Assembly (NCBI GenBank): GCA_963767925.1
Contig: CAVYGB010000001.1
Location: 352,001 to 416,000 of the forward strand
Direction: 5' to 3'
From: an uncultured delta proteobacterium
Lineage (GTDB): Bacteria > Myxococcota_A > Polyangia > Fen-1088
DNA: 64,000 nucleotides
This document shows positions 29,150 through 39,230 of this stretch, in pieces. Under the pieces are notes generated by a model. It saw only the letters and a list, made by a program, of their open reading frames with translations. It did no database searches and was not told where the DNA came from. A program made the position numbers and the translations under genes. Position 1 is the first letter of the stretch. Each line of letters begins with the position of its first letter.

Positions 29150-30337
29150 ATGGAGCTGGTGGAGTCGACACGTTCGGCCCTCGACGACGGGGTGAGGGTG
29201 ATTGTCCGTGAGCTTACGGAGAGCGCCCACAAGGACATCGGGCGCAAGATTATCGAGGCGCGGGTCAACCGTGGCTTCGCCTACCGCGAGGGCCTCCGCG
29301 AGCTGCGCGAGCGCCTGCCGGAGTACGAGAGAAGACTCATCGACCTCCATCTCGACCTCGGCGCGCGAGACCCCGAGGCCATCGCCGAGAGCATCTCCGC
29401 GGAACTTCGGCAGCACGTGTCCACGGTGGGCAGGAGCATCGCGTGCTCGTTCCGCGGGCGCGATGTGGCGTGGGCGGGACGAGAGGCGATGCAATTCGAA
29501 GCCGACATCGGGGGCTACGCGGCCGGTGTCGCGGGTCGGGTGCGCGTGGCGGTTGAGTTACAGCGGCGGAAGGATCAGGCGGGTGCGATGAAGGCGCTGG
29601 AGACACAATACCTCCCTATGACTCGAGCGCGCACGTTGGCCGAGCTGCTCACCTACGGGGAGTCGGCGTGGCTCGACTGGAAGGGCGACTTCTGGGCGGG
29701 CGTTGTCGACAGTAAGCACGTGCACCGTGAAGAGCATCGGGGCAAGCTGCTGAAGGCGATCGTCTCGATCGCGAACAGCATCGTTGATGAGCGCGGCTAC
29801 CTCGTCTTCGGTGTCGAAGACAAACCCGACGGTCGGAACGTGGTGGGCGTGAAGACCTCCTTCGACGACGCCACGTTCCAGGACTGGAGCGCGAAGGCGT
29901 TCAACCCCCCTGTGCAGTTCCGCTACCTGCAGGAAGAGCGCGAGGGCAGGCGCGTAGGGTTCTTCGAGATCATGCCGTCGTCGGACTACCCGCACGTCTG
30001 TGCCCAGGAGTTCAAGGGCGAGATGCATGTCGGACAGGTCTGGCTACGCCGCGGAACCCGGAACTCCATTGCCGCATACTCCGACTTCAAGCGCATGTTC
30101 GCGCCGGCCGAGCCGCTGCGGGTTCCTGCCCTTGAGGGCGCGGTAGTCGCTCAGGTCAAAGCGCTGTGGGAGCCCGAGGGCTGGGAGGTCTGCGGGCCTC
30201 GCCTGGACGAGCGCGACGAGAAGCTCGCGCAGGGCTGGCGGTTGGCCTACGAGCCGGGGCGCCGTCGCGAGATTCGCCTTTGCCAGGGCAACGTCGACCA
30301 CCACGTGCTGATGCTTCGCCGAAAGCGGAGCCGATGA
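29150..30337 (+). CDS. Schlafen/AlbA_2 domain protein
   Basis: GESAWLDWK, LLKAIVSIANS, GYLVFGVED..VVGV, VWLRRGT. Confidence 0.8.
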   Translation: MELVESTRSALDDGVRVIVRELTESAHKDIGRKIIEARVNRGFAYREGLRELRERLPEYERRLIDLHLDLGARDPEAIAESISAELRQHVSTVGRSIACSFRGRDVAWAGREAMQFEADIGGYAAGVAGRVRVAVELQRRKDQAGAMKALETQYLPMTRARTLAELLTYGESAWLDWKGDFWAGVVDSKHVHREEHRGKLLKAIVSIANSIVDERGYLVFGVEDKPDGRNVVGVKTSFDDATFQDWSAKAFNPPVQFRYLQEEREGRRVGFFEIMPSSDYPHVCAQEFKGEMHVGQVWLRRGTRNSIAAYSDFKRMFAPAEPLRVPALEGAVVAQVKALWEPEGWEVCGPRLDERDEKLAQGWRLAYEPGRRREIRLCQGNVDHHVLMLRRKRSR

Positions 30338-30879
30338 CGGTAACCGACCGCGTCGGTCACTCCGATCAGAAGCTGCGTCGAATGTTCGATGAGTTGCGCG
30401 CTCGGCACGAGAACAAGATCGAGCGCGGCAAGAAGCTGCTCATCGTCATCAACGGAAGGCTCGGCGGCTACGAGGCTCAGCTGGGCGGTATGTTCTCGCC
30501 GCCGAAAAATGGCCGCGATAGCTGCGTTCGCGTGCGCTTCTACCGTGATCACCAAGCCGTTCCGGGGCCGGCCCTCGACGAGGTGTGGACTCTTGCCGAC
30601 GAGCTGGGCCACTGGCGATCGTGGGCCGGGAATGAGCGGCCGTCGGGTTACGACGAGTTGGTCGCCGCGGACGCTCGCGAGCGATGGAGCGACCTACCGG
30701 AGGTCAGCCGCATGGTGATCTTCGACGAGGTCCGGGCATGGCAACACGGCAGGAGACTTGCCGCCGAAGTCGGATTCGAGGATTGGGTTGCATACGTGAA
30801 GAGGGCTCAGCAGAGCCTGCGGACGTATTGCGAGAAGCTCGGCCTTCCGCCGGAGCTGGCGGACGGCTTCGAGACGTGA
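30334..30879 (+). CDS. hypothetical protein with ImmA/IrrE-like LADELGH motif
   Basis: ATGA overlap with the Schlafen gene; TLADELGHW...DEVRAW..GRRL resembles zincin HExxH...E with the first His replaced by Asp. Confidence 0.6.
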   Translation: MTVTDRVGHSDQKLRRMFDELRARHENKIERGKKLLIVINGRLGGYEAQLGGMFSPPKNGRDSCVRVRFYRDHQAVPGPALDEVWTLADELGHWRSWAGNERPSGYDELVAADARERWSDLPEVSRMVIFDEVRAWQHGRRLAAEVGFEDWVAYVKRAQQSLRTYCEKLGLPPELADGFET

Positions 30880-31230
30880 GGTGCCCCATCGGGGCGGCTG
30901 CGACGGGACAACGCTCACGTTGTCGCCCGGCGACCCTGTGCACCCTCCCGCGCAGGGGCCTCCGCAGGCCCGCCGCACCCCCTCGGCTCAGTGCAGGAGC
31001 GCGCGGGCGCGAGCGCAGGGTTCCGCATTCTGGGCGACCCTCGGCCGGGTGATGCCCGACTACGAACAGCGCCGGGGGGACCTGCGCCGGGCGGGGGCGA
31101 GTTTCCTCTGGTGAAGGGCGAGCAGCTCGGGCGCGGACCCCTCGATGCGGGCCGATCCCAGGTTTTCGCGGTCGCTCCGCTGGCGTCACGAGATCCGTCA
31201 CGCACGGAACGCCTGTGCCACAATGCCTCC

Positions 31231-32140
31231 GTGCCCGCTGATTCCGACCTCTTGACCAGCCTTTTGCAGGCGATTAGCCAGCGCCGCTGGGAAGATGCTG
31301 TGCGTTATGGAGAGCAGATTGCCGATCGCGAAGCCACGAAGGGCCACGCCCGTGTTGCCCGGAAGCTTCGGGGTGCACTTGCGTCCCACGACGCGGACGG
31401 GGGCGCGGCATCGTCGGTCACCCCGGTGGGAGCCTCGCTGGCGGGGGCGCTCCTGCAGGTCGACCCGGTGGACGGTCTGGATGCGGTTGTCTTGCCCGCC
31501 GACCGGGCGCGCCCGTCTGGCCGAGCTCGTTCAAGAGTGGCGCCTGCGCGATCGCCTGGGGGCTGCGGGGGTCGAGCGCCGAACGAAGCTCTTGCTCCAT
31601 GGCCGCCCAGGCTGTGGCAAGACGCTGACCGCCCGGGCGCTGGGCGGCGAGATGTCGTTGCCGGTGCTCGTCGTCAGGTTCGATGGGGTGGTCGGCTCCT
31701 ACCTCGGCCAGACGGCGGCTCGGCTGCGCGAGCTCTTCCGTTACGCCGAGGCCGTACCGTCGGTTCTGGTGCTCGACGAGATCGACGCGCTCGCGCAGCG
31801 CCGGGGAAACCCGCGCGACGTGGGCGAGGTCGATCGCGTGGTCATCTCGTTGCTACAGGAGCTCGAGCACTCCCGGCCCCGGGGGCTCATCGTCGCCAGC
31901 TCCAATATCCCTCGCGCCCTGGACGAAGCGCTCTGGCGGCGGTTCGACCTGGTCCTTGGCCTTCCCTCACCGTCCCGCCCGCAGATTCATTCCTTCGCGC
32001 GAAAGCGCCTTGCCGCCGTCGGCGGCCGTCCCGGGCGCGTCCTCGACGCCGCTCTGCGAGGCGCGCGCTCGTACGCCGATGCGGACCGGGTGATCAACGA
32101 CATCCACCGGCGCCAAGTCCTGAGTCGGGAGATGGAGTGA
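31231..32140 (+). pseudogene. AAA ATPase (IetA-like), frameshifted near 31497
   Basis: N terminus VPADSDLLTSLLQAI...VVLP in frame 1; GRPGCGKT, LDEIDAL, LDEALWRRFD in frame 2. Confidence 0.8.
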
Positions 32141-32141
32141 G

Positions 32142-34538
32142 ATGGCCGAGCGCCGCACGGTGGCGCCCCGCACGTACTTCCTGAACGAGACCCACGAGCA
32201 CGCCAGGGACGATCGTGAGGGCGGCGGTAACGTAGCCGAGTACGCGCGGATCGACTGGGTCGCGAAGGGGGAACGTCTCGCGAAGTCCTTGCGGGTTGCG
32301 CGCAGGGCTGCTGCCCAGAGCTCCGACCCTCTACGGGAAAGACGCCTGTTTCTCCTCTCGCGTCCCGAAGCGAAGGTAGAGAAGGTCTCGGCGGCGAAGA
32401 AGGCAAAGGACGGGCGCATCGAGATGCAAACCGACATCGGCGGTGAGCACGCGAGGGTGTTCGAACGCCTCGGCCTGGACCTCCTTCGGCTGACCGCTGA
32501 CGGAGATGCGCTGGTGCACGCCAAGACCGAGACCATCGAGCAACTCGAGACGACCGCTGCGCGGCTCGGGGATGCCGGAAAGCGCGAGAAATCCCGCTGG
32601 GCTCTGCTCTCGGAGTTCCGTGTGCCTCCGCTGGAGACGCGGGTCGACGTCGACTGGCTCGCAACCCTCGATGACAAGATCGCTCACGAGGTCATCATCG
32701 AGCTGCAGCCGGTCCTGACGCGGGAGGAGTACGATCTGGTGAGCAGGGCGGTTCGGGACCTTCTGGCCGGGAGCCCGCTGGACGAGGTGGTGGGGGCTGG
32801 ACGCGATCTCTCGGGCAGGCGGTGGCTTCGCGCGCGCCTTGGCAAGGCGAGCATCAAGCGCCTCGGATCCGGCCTCCAGTCGCTGCAGTCCATTCACGCC
32901 CCGCTACGGTCCGTGGCGTTCGCGGGCCCCGCTGCCCGGCCAGGTACGCGATCTACGCCGCCGCACGCGATCCCGAGCCCCAGCGGTGTCGACCTACCAG
33001 CGGTCGCCGTCGTGGACGCGGGGATTCCCCGAGAACACAAGGTGCTCGCGGCGTTCCGTCGGGGCGAATACCGACACCCCGATGCCGATCAAACCGACGG
33101 TGGCGACCACGGCTCGCGGGTCGCCTCACGCGTTGTGTTCGGCGACGTCGACGCAGGCCGCGCCGCTTTCGTTCCGCCGCCGGGCGCTTGCAAGTTCCTG
33201 GACGTCGTCGTGCCATGCATGCCCGACGGCAACGGACGCATCGAATTCGATGACAAGGCCATCTTCGAAACCCTTCGAGAGGTGGCCCGCAACTACCGCG
33301 ATGTTCGCGTCGTCAACATCAGCCTCGGTACGTACCAACCGCTCGCGCGGATGACCGAACAGCAGCGGCAGGGCCGGCTCGATGAGCTGCAAGATCTGGA
33401 CAACTTCGCGTTCGAGCACGATGTGGTCGTCGTGGTTGCCGCGGGGAACACTGCCCCGGGCGTGATCCCGAACCTCGCTTACCCGGACCACGTGGACGAG
33501 CCAGACTGGGGGTTGGGTTCACTCAGCGCGGGCTTCAACACCCTGGTGGTGGGCTCCTTCGTCGGCCAGCCGAACACCGATGGCGTGGCACGCCGACCGG
33601 GATGGCCAAGTCCATTCACGCGCATCGGTCCCGGGATAGCCGGCGCGCCGGTTCCCAACCTGTCGGCCTCCGGAGGCGACGGCGACACGAACTACCGGTT
33701 TCGGGCGGGGCTGGGCGTCTGGACGCTGAGCCAATATGGCGACTGGGAGGATGCACCGGGGACATCCTTCGCTGCGCCGATCGTGGCGCGCGAGGCGGCG
33801 CTGGTAATGCAAGCGTTGCATCGCCACTGCGGCCCAGGGATTCAGCCGTTCGCTGCCCTGGTGAAGGCTTTCTTGTCGCTCGTTGCCGGTCACCGGTCCC
33901 CGGACGGACGATTCCCGTCCGGTGTGCAGAGGCTCGTCGAGAGGACGCTCGGACGAGGGCTCCCCAGCGCCGATAGATTGGCGTTGGTGCGGCCGGACAC
34001 GGCGGTGCTTCTCTGGCAGGGCACACTGGAGCGCGCTGGGCATGTAGCCCGGGTGCGCGTGCCGGTTCCGCGGGACTGGTTGAGCGAGGCGAAGGCGCCG
34101 CGGCTGCGTACCGTTGCGGCCTGGAACGGGCCCGTGTTCGCCGGCGCCCCCGGCGTATGGGGCTGTCGGCGGGTGAACGTTCGGCTGCGTCCAACGTTGG
34201 GCGGCAAGGCTCTCGTCGCGAGGGGCGCGGCGGTGGGCGCGTACCCGATCGTGGACCGCACGGACGATCTCGGCGAGGAGCACCTCTCGCGCCTGCAGAT
34301 CAATCTCGACTCGGACGAATGGGTCATCGAGCTCGACTACAACGACGTCGGGCCGTACCCGCCCTTTCTTCGAATCGATGAGCAGCAGAGGGTCGGCCTC
34401 GCCATCGAGTTGTTCGACGCGGCCGGCGTTGTGAGCCCGCAGACGGCGCTGCAGGCGATGCCGATGGTGAAGACGATGATCCACCTCGGCGGTGTCCGGC
34501 AGCCAATCTGGGCGCCCGTTCGCATTCTGACTGGTTGA
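32142..34538 (+). CDS. S8 family subtilisin-like peptidase (IetS-like)
   Basis: Catalytic motifs VAVVDAG, DHGSRVAS, AAGN, GTSFAAP; starts 1 nt after the AAA stop. Confidence 0.9.
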   Translation: MAERRTVAPRTYFLNETHEHARDDREGGGNVAEYARIDWVAKGERLAKSLRVARRAAAQSSDPLRERRLFLLSRPEAKVEKVSAAKKAKDGRIEMQTDIGGEHARVFERLGLDLLRLTADGDALVHAKTETIEQLETTAARLGDAGKREKSRWALLSEFRVPPLETRVDVDWLATLDDKIAHEVIIELQPVLTREEYDLVSRAVRDLLAGSPLDEVVGAGRDLSGRRWLRARLGKASIKRLGSGLQSLQSIHAPLRSVAFAGPAARPGTRSTPPHAIPSPSGVDLPAVAVVDAGIPREHKVLAAFRRGEYRHPDADQTDGGDHGSRVASRVVFGDVDAGRAAFVPPPGACKFLDVVVPCMPDGNGRIEFDDKAIFETLREVARNYRDVRVVNISLGTYQPLARMTEQQRQGRLDELQDLDNFAFEHDVVVVVAAGNTAPGVIPNLAYPDHVDEPDWGLGSLSAGFNTLVVGSFVGQPNTDGVARRPGWPSPFTRIGPGIAGAPVPNLSASGGDGDTNYRFRAGLGVWTLSQYGDWEDAPGTSFAAPIVAREAALVMQALHRHCGPGIQPFAALVKAFLSLVAGHRSPDGRFPSGVQRLVERTLGRGLPSADRLALVRPDTAVLLWQGTLERAGHVARVRVPVPRDWLSEAKAPRLRTVAAWNGPVFAGAPGVWGCRRVNVRLRPTLGGKALVARGAAVGAYPIVDRTDDLGEEHLSRLQINLDSDEWVIELDYNDVGPYPPFLRIDEQQRVGLAIELFDAAGVVSPQTALQAMPMVKTMIHLGGVRQPIWAPVRILTG

Positions 34539-34835
34539 GGCCATCTCAGTCCAAGCTCGGCCTCAACACGGAGCAGGCCTTTCGGTTGGGCAGGATCCTC
34601 ACCCCCTCGTCTCCCCCGGCGATATCGCCACGGAGCGTCGGCCTCGCCTCATCATCTTCCTGTTCCCGTGCGCTGCCACTGCGACGCCCATTGCTGCGAG
34701 GTCCACAGTTCGGCCTTGCAACTGCGTTCTCCATCCCGTACAGGAATTGAAGAGCCCGGATGGGCTCTCGTACCCCGATCGGGGACGCGAGGGGCTGACG
34801 CCCCGTGGACAAACCCATTGCGTAGGAGGCCAGAC

Positions 34836-35346
34836 ATGGCAGCGGTACCGTCCGCCCGGAGTTTCACGACTCATCACTCAAGAAGGCGCTCGAGGAAAGC
34901 GCACCAGCGATCGAGTCCTTCACCTCCCGGCTCGACCGATTGTCGAATGACATCAAGGCGCTGGAGGGTTATCTCGAGAAGTCCTCCATCCGAGTTGCGG
35001 TGAGAGTGAAATTTCCCGGACCCGAGGAAGAGCCGGACGAGTTCTTGGCTTGGATACCGAAGGCTGACCAGGACCGCTGGCGCGTGGTGTACGAAAAGGG
35101 CTCCGGGCGCACGTTCCACCAGGACGATGAACACTTGGTGCGTTGGAAGCGCCGTTGGAGATACGTGTGCGCGCCCGGCCGCTGCTGGCGGAATTCCTCC
35201 GAGCGGTGGCAAAGGTGGCCATGCTGGGTGACGCCGCCGTGCCCCCGAGGCGCCAGAAGAACAGTGGGCGATGGGGAGAGGCGCCTGAGGAGGCCGCCGA
35301 GCCGTCGCCCGACCCCCGGCCGAGCGATGACGACATTCCATTCTAA
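34836..35346 (+). pseudogene. hypothetical protein with two frameshifts, ending in DDDIPF
   Basis: AGGAGG-ATG; pieces MAAVP / PEFHDSSLKKALEE...LSNDIKALEGYL... / LEAPLEIRVRARPLLAEFL...PSDDDIPF. Confidence 0.6.
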
Positions 35347-35893
35347 GCAGCGGCCGGGGCACCACCATGTATCACACTCTGCGAATCGAGGTGCCGGCAG
35401 GAACCGAGCCCTTCACGGTCCTGCTCGAGATTCGCGGCCAAGCTTCCGCGACTGGTTCTCACACTGCGAAGGGGGCCATTGCCGGCGGCGGGGCCGTCCG
35501 AAGCGCCGCCGCGCGGCCCGCGCGGCGAGCAACTCTGGTTGCGATACGACGGCGCCGAGTGCGATGAGCACGGCTGGAGGCTGATGAAGTTCTAGCGTGA
35601 AGGCGGGTTGCCGGCGAAATCCTCGGTTTCCTCGGTCATCGCAACTACCCCGAGTCCGCCGACACGCTCGCGATCCCGCGCACCCTCCGGCCGACAACCA
35701 GCAGCTCAACCCGTACGCCTGGTGCCCGCCGCCCCGGCGGCGCGCAGAGTCGGCCCGACCGGCGCGTCCCCACCCCGCGCAGGCTGGCGCAGCCGTCAAC
35801 CTCGGTTGGAGGGCCACGCCGCCTCCGGCGAGCCCCTTTACACCCGTGCAACTGACCAATCAGGCGACAACTATCCCTACCGCGCACGGGTTT

Positions 35894-36391
35894 CTACGGA
35901 TTCCGATGGCCATCAACAGCACCTCCTCGTGCAGGACGCCAAGGCTCCGTGGCGCTGCTGCGGATCGAGCCGAAGAGCCCGATGGCGAGCGCTCGGGCGG
36001 TTTCGAGCAACAACACCACGGCGGTGACTCGCGGAAGCCCCGAGGCCACGACCGCCTCCCGGAGCTGGCGCGCGAAGGTACGCGTAGTTTGGTCCCTTTG
36101 GGACTGCGCTGTCTCGGCTCTCCCCGCCAGGCGACCGTACTCGTAGCCAAACTCGAAGAAACGCGATTCGCGCTCGAGGCGAAGCGCGAAGAGGGCGTCG
36201 GAGTACGCCACCCACAGATCGCGGTCCGTGATCCTGTCATCGATCCGCTTGACCAAGGTCCGAACCCTCCGGGCCAGGCGCTCGATGGCAGGTAGTTGGT
36301 CGACAAACTTGTCGACGTCGACGGGTTGGGTTCCGGCCGTCCTTATGGTGTCCGCGTGGTAGCCGCGTCGCTGCTTTCTTCGAGCGTTCAT
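35894..36391 (-). CDS. hypothetical protein divergent from the XRE regulator
   Basis: GAGG RBS; RFFEFGYEYG motif; helical. Confidence 0.65.
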   Translation of the reverse strand: MNARRKQRRGYHADTIRTAGTQPVDVDKFVDQLPAIERLARRVRTLVKRIDDRITDRDLWVAYSDALFALRLERESRFFEFGYEYGRLAGRAETAQSQRDQTTRTFARQLREAVVASGLPRVTAVVLLLETARALAIGLFGSIRSSATEPWRPARGGAVDGHRNP

Positions 36392-36426
36392 GGTCAACCG
36401 TCCTCTGTTTCCATGTCGTGGCTGAC

Positions 36427-36501
36427 AGCCCTCAGGCTCTGCAATGAAGCCTATAGGCTCACTGTAAAGCCCATCGGCTCTGGATGCAAGCCGATGGGCT
36501 C
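36427..36501. promoter_or_regulatory. array of four palindromic operators AGCC-N4-GGCT(C)
   Basis: agccctcaggctc 36427, agcctataggctc 36448, agcccatcggctc 36468, agccgatgggctc 36489. Confidence 0.85.
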
Positions 36502-36516
36502 ACTACGCTCGCGGCG

Positions 36517-36923
36517 ATGGCGAAACCTCGAAAGCGACGCTCGGCCGCCGCCCTCGGTGCAGAGCAGGTGGCGATCGAGCGAAAGCTTCGCGAGAGCTTG
36601 CCTGGGCTCATCCAGCGGGAGCGAGAGGCGCGCGGACTGACCCAGGAGCAGCTCGCCGACAAGGCGGGTATCCATTGGACTACGGTCGGAAGATCGAGCG
36701 AGGCAAGCAGATACCCAGTGTGGCGCTCCTGGCTGTGCTGGCCAGAGGATTGGACGTAGGCCTCATGGACTTGCTCGCCCCTGCGCTGCCCCCAGGGGCC
36801 GGCGCTCCGGGCGGGGACGATGAAGACGCGCTCGCGGAGCTGACGAGAACGCTGCCGAAGCCGGAACGGCGGAAGCTGCTCCCGGTGATCCAGGCGCTGC
36901 TCAGGTGGAAGGAAGGTCAGTAA
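36517..36923 (+). pseudogene. XRE-family HTH regulator, frameshifted at ~36689
   Basis: REARGLTQEQLADKAGIHWTTVG / KIERGKQIPSVALLAVLARGLDV. Confidence 0.8.
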
Positions 36924-37060
36924 CAGGCGGTGGGAGATGACGGCACGCCTATCAGGGATGATGCCACCGCCAGCGCAATGCTGGGCATGAGTTCTTCCGA
37001 TGAGCAGAAGTGGCGGAACTGGCGGAACTGGTGGCGGTCGGAGATTCTCCAGGAAAATCC

Positions 37061-37576
37061 CTACGTTCGCCCCGTGCGGCAGCCGCCGGATGTTGGCCCG
37101 CCAGTGGGGGACACCGTGCCTGAGGCATGGCGGCCATCGCCTGCGGAGATGGCTTGGCGGTGCTGACCATGTTGAAAGCCCAACTCAGCGGTCGCTGCAG
37201 CGATCTCCTCGTCGTTCAGGCCGAGTGGGATCCCAAATTGGCCGAAGAGTCGGCGCCACGACATCGACAGTCCGTCGAGAGAGGGCAAGCCTCCGACAGC
37301 GAGAGGATCTCTCGGAGAGTTTCGGCGGATCCGCAGATGGGCCACCAGGGTCGGCCACCCGCTCGGCCGAATATCCGCTCTGAATCCGAGACAGTGCACC
37401 TCGAAGTAGGAGTGGGCGTGGAACACCTCCACCTGCGGCAGCGCTGCGAGCCGCGCGGCGAGGCCGGCGACCCCGTCACCCCTGAGGAAGACCGCCATGC
37501 TCAGGCTGGCGGGCGCATCCCGCCAAACGAGGCATCTGTAACCGGCAACGGATCCAAACCGGAGAGGCTCAGTCAC
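37061..37576 (-). CDS. hypothetical protein
   Basis: GTG start overlapping the upstream gene's stop; plausible composition. Confidence 0.45.
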   Translation of the reverse strand: MTEPLRFGSVAGYRCLVWRDAPASLSMAVFLRGDGVAGLAARLAALPQVEVFHAHSYFEVHCLGFRADIRPSGWPTLVAHLRIRRNSPRDPLAVGGLPSLDGLSMSWRRLFGQFGIPLGLNDEEIAAATAELGFQHGQHRQAISAGDGRHASGTVSPTGGPTSGGCRTGRT

Positions 37577-38963
37577 CTTCGTGACCCTCCGCTCCGTCGC
37601 CTGTGCCCTGATCCGGCCGGGAGCCGGTCGAACCCTCCGGTGTCGGCCACGTCAGCGCGTGCAGCGTCTCCCCCGCGAGCTGGAGGACCGTCAGCTTGTC
37701 CTTGCGGGTCAACTTCGTCCAGGGCGTTCGGCGTGCAACGACCCCCGCAAGGGCTGCCAGGTCGCCCGCATGCGCAAGGGCGGATGCCCAGAGGGTCGCT
37801 CCGGCTGCTTCCCCATCCACCGGCGGCGGATCGATTACCTGCCCAAGGGCGTGTATGGCCATGCCGGTCATCACGGCCCGGTGATCATGCGGTAGTTGAT
37901 CCCACGTTACGCGCGAGGCGAGCGAAGGAGCGAGTCCGGTGAGCGTCTGGGTGTCAAGGGTTCCGAACAACGCCGCGCCGAACGCCGCAATCTGGGCGTC
38001 GGAGACCTGGCCAGCCGTTTCTGCTGTTGCTCGGGCCCGATTCGGATCGTCTGGTGGGCGCTGCTCATCGGCCACGGGGGTCTGCTGCCCGCCTCGGGCT
38101 GCACGATAACGCTCGGTCATCTCGGCGCGCTCGTTCTCGGGTACGTTCTGCGCCAACCACACGTTGAACATCGCCTCGTCCATCGAGGCGAACATCTTTC
38201 TTTCCTGTTCCTGAGCGAATTCATTGGGCGATTGACCGAGCTTCCCGTTCGTCAGGTGGTGCAGAGCGAGCGGGACAACGTCGAGCAGCTTCTGAAGCAT
38301 GGCGCCCTTCATTTCCTCGGCGTGGCCCTCCTTCATCCCGCGAATCTCATGTTCCTGCTGTTGAGCCTGCAGCGCGATCTCGCGCTCGAAATGCCCGCTC
38401 GCAAGTTGCTTCTGGATCGTGAAGATCTCCGCCTGCTGCCCATGGAACTTCTCGAGCATCGCCTTTTGAGCGGCGATGATGTTCTGCTGGGCATCGATCG
38501 CACCTCCGAACCCTTGAATGAAGAGGCGCATGAGCCCTTCGCAGTGTCTCTGCTCCTGGGCAAGCAGGCCACGGAGGGACGCTGGCTCGCTATCGACGGC
38601 GCCGAGCTGCTGATTCTGACCCGGGATGTTGTAGCGGAGGGCGACGCTGCCCACTTCCTTTCCTTTGACCTGCGCGCGCAACAGGTATCGTTGCATGCCG
38701 CCCATCTCGGAGGCGTCGTCGGAGGCTTCCGCGTCGACAGACGCGACGATCTTCCCCAGCTCGCGGGGATCCGGACGATCGGGGCCGATTCGCCACGTTC
38801 GAAGTGTGCGCTGAGACTGGTCCACGGCTGCGTGGACGAGCGCCAAGGTGAGCTGCTCGTTTTCAGGGAGCCCTCCCGGCTCGAAAAGCGCGCCCAGCCA
38901 GCGCGACATCCGCTGCTCGGTCGGCGTGAACGCCGCTCCCACCGTCTTCATCGGGAAGGTCAT
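37569..38963 (-). CDS. hypothetical coiled-coil protein
   Basis: Long intact ORF with a Gln-rich coiled coil and two W-x2-L helical repeats near the C terminus. Confidence 0.7.
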   Translation of the reverse strand: MTFPMKTVGAAFTPTEQRMSRWLGALFEPGGLPENEQLTLALVHAAVDQSQRTLRTWRIGPDRPDPRELGKIVASVDAEASDDASEMGGMQRYLLRAQVKGKEVGSVALRYNIPGQNQQLGAVDSEPASLRGLLAQEQRHCEGLMRLFIQGFGGAIDAQQNIIAAQKAMLEKFHGQQAEIFTIQKQLASGHFEREIALQAQQQEHEIRGMKEGHAEEMKGAMLQKLLDVVPLALHHLTNGKLGQSPNEFAQEQERKMFASMDEAMFNVWLAQNVPENERAEMTERYRAARGGQQTPVADEQRPPDDPNRARATAETAGQVSDAQIAAFGAALFGTLDTQTLTGLAPSLASRVTWDQLPHDHRAVMTGMAIHALGQVIDPPPVDGEAAGATLWASALAHAGDLAALAGVVARRTPWTKLTRKDKLTVLQLAGETLHALTWPTPEGSTGSRPDQGTGDGAEGHEGD

Positions 38964-39032
38964 GTTCGAATCGAAGTATGGAGACACGGATCGACTGCGG
39001 GCAAGCTGTAGGCCCCGTCTTTCGTCCTTCCC

Positions 39033-39068
39033 GCGACGACTGCGACGACTGCGACGGCAACGACGTGA
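39033..39068. repeat. 9-bp periodic repeat (g/a)cgacg-N3 x4
   Basis: gcgacgact gcgacgact gcgacggca acgacgtga. Confidence 0.65.
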
Positions 39069-39230
39069 ACGCGCATTTGCGACGCTGACGCTGGCACTGA
39101 GGGCTACGACGATGAGCTTTCAGTCCTGCGGGCCCGCCCTCCGAGTCTTCCTTGCGCGCAGGCTGCAGTTTGGCCTGCGCCTGCAGTCGGCAGCGTGACC
39201 TGCTCGAGTCTCGCGATAAAATCGCCAGTC

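Noticed and set aside
36427..36501. Operator array as a mini-CRISPR
   Set aside because: 13-bp units with 7-8-bp gaps are far too short; they fit protein-binding sites
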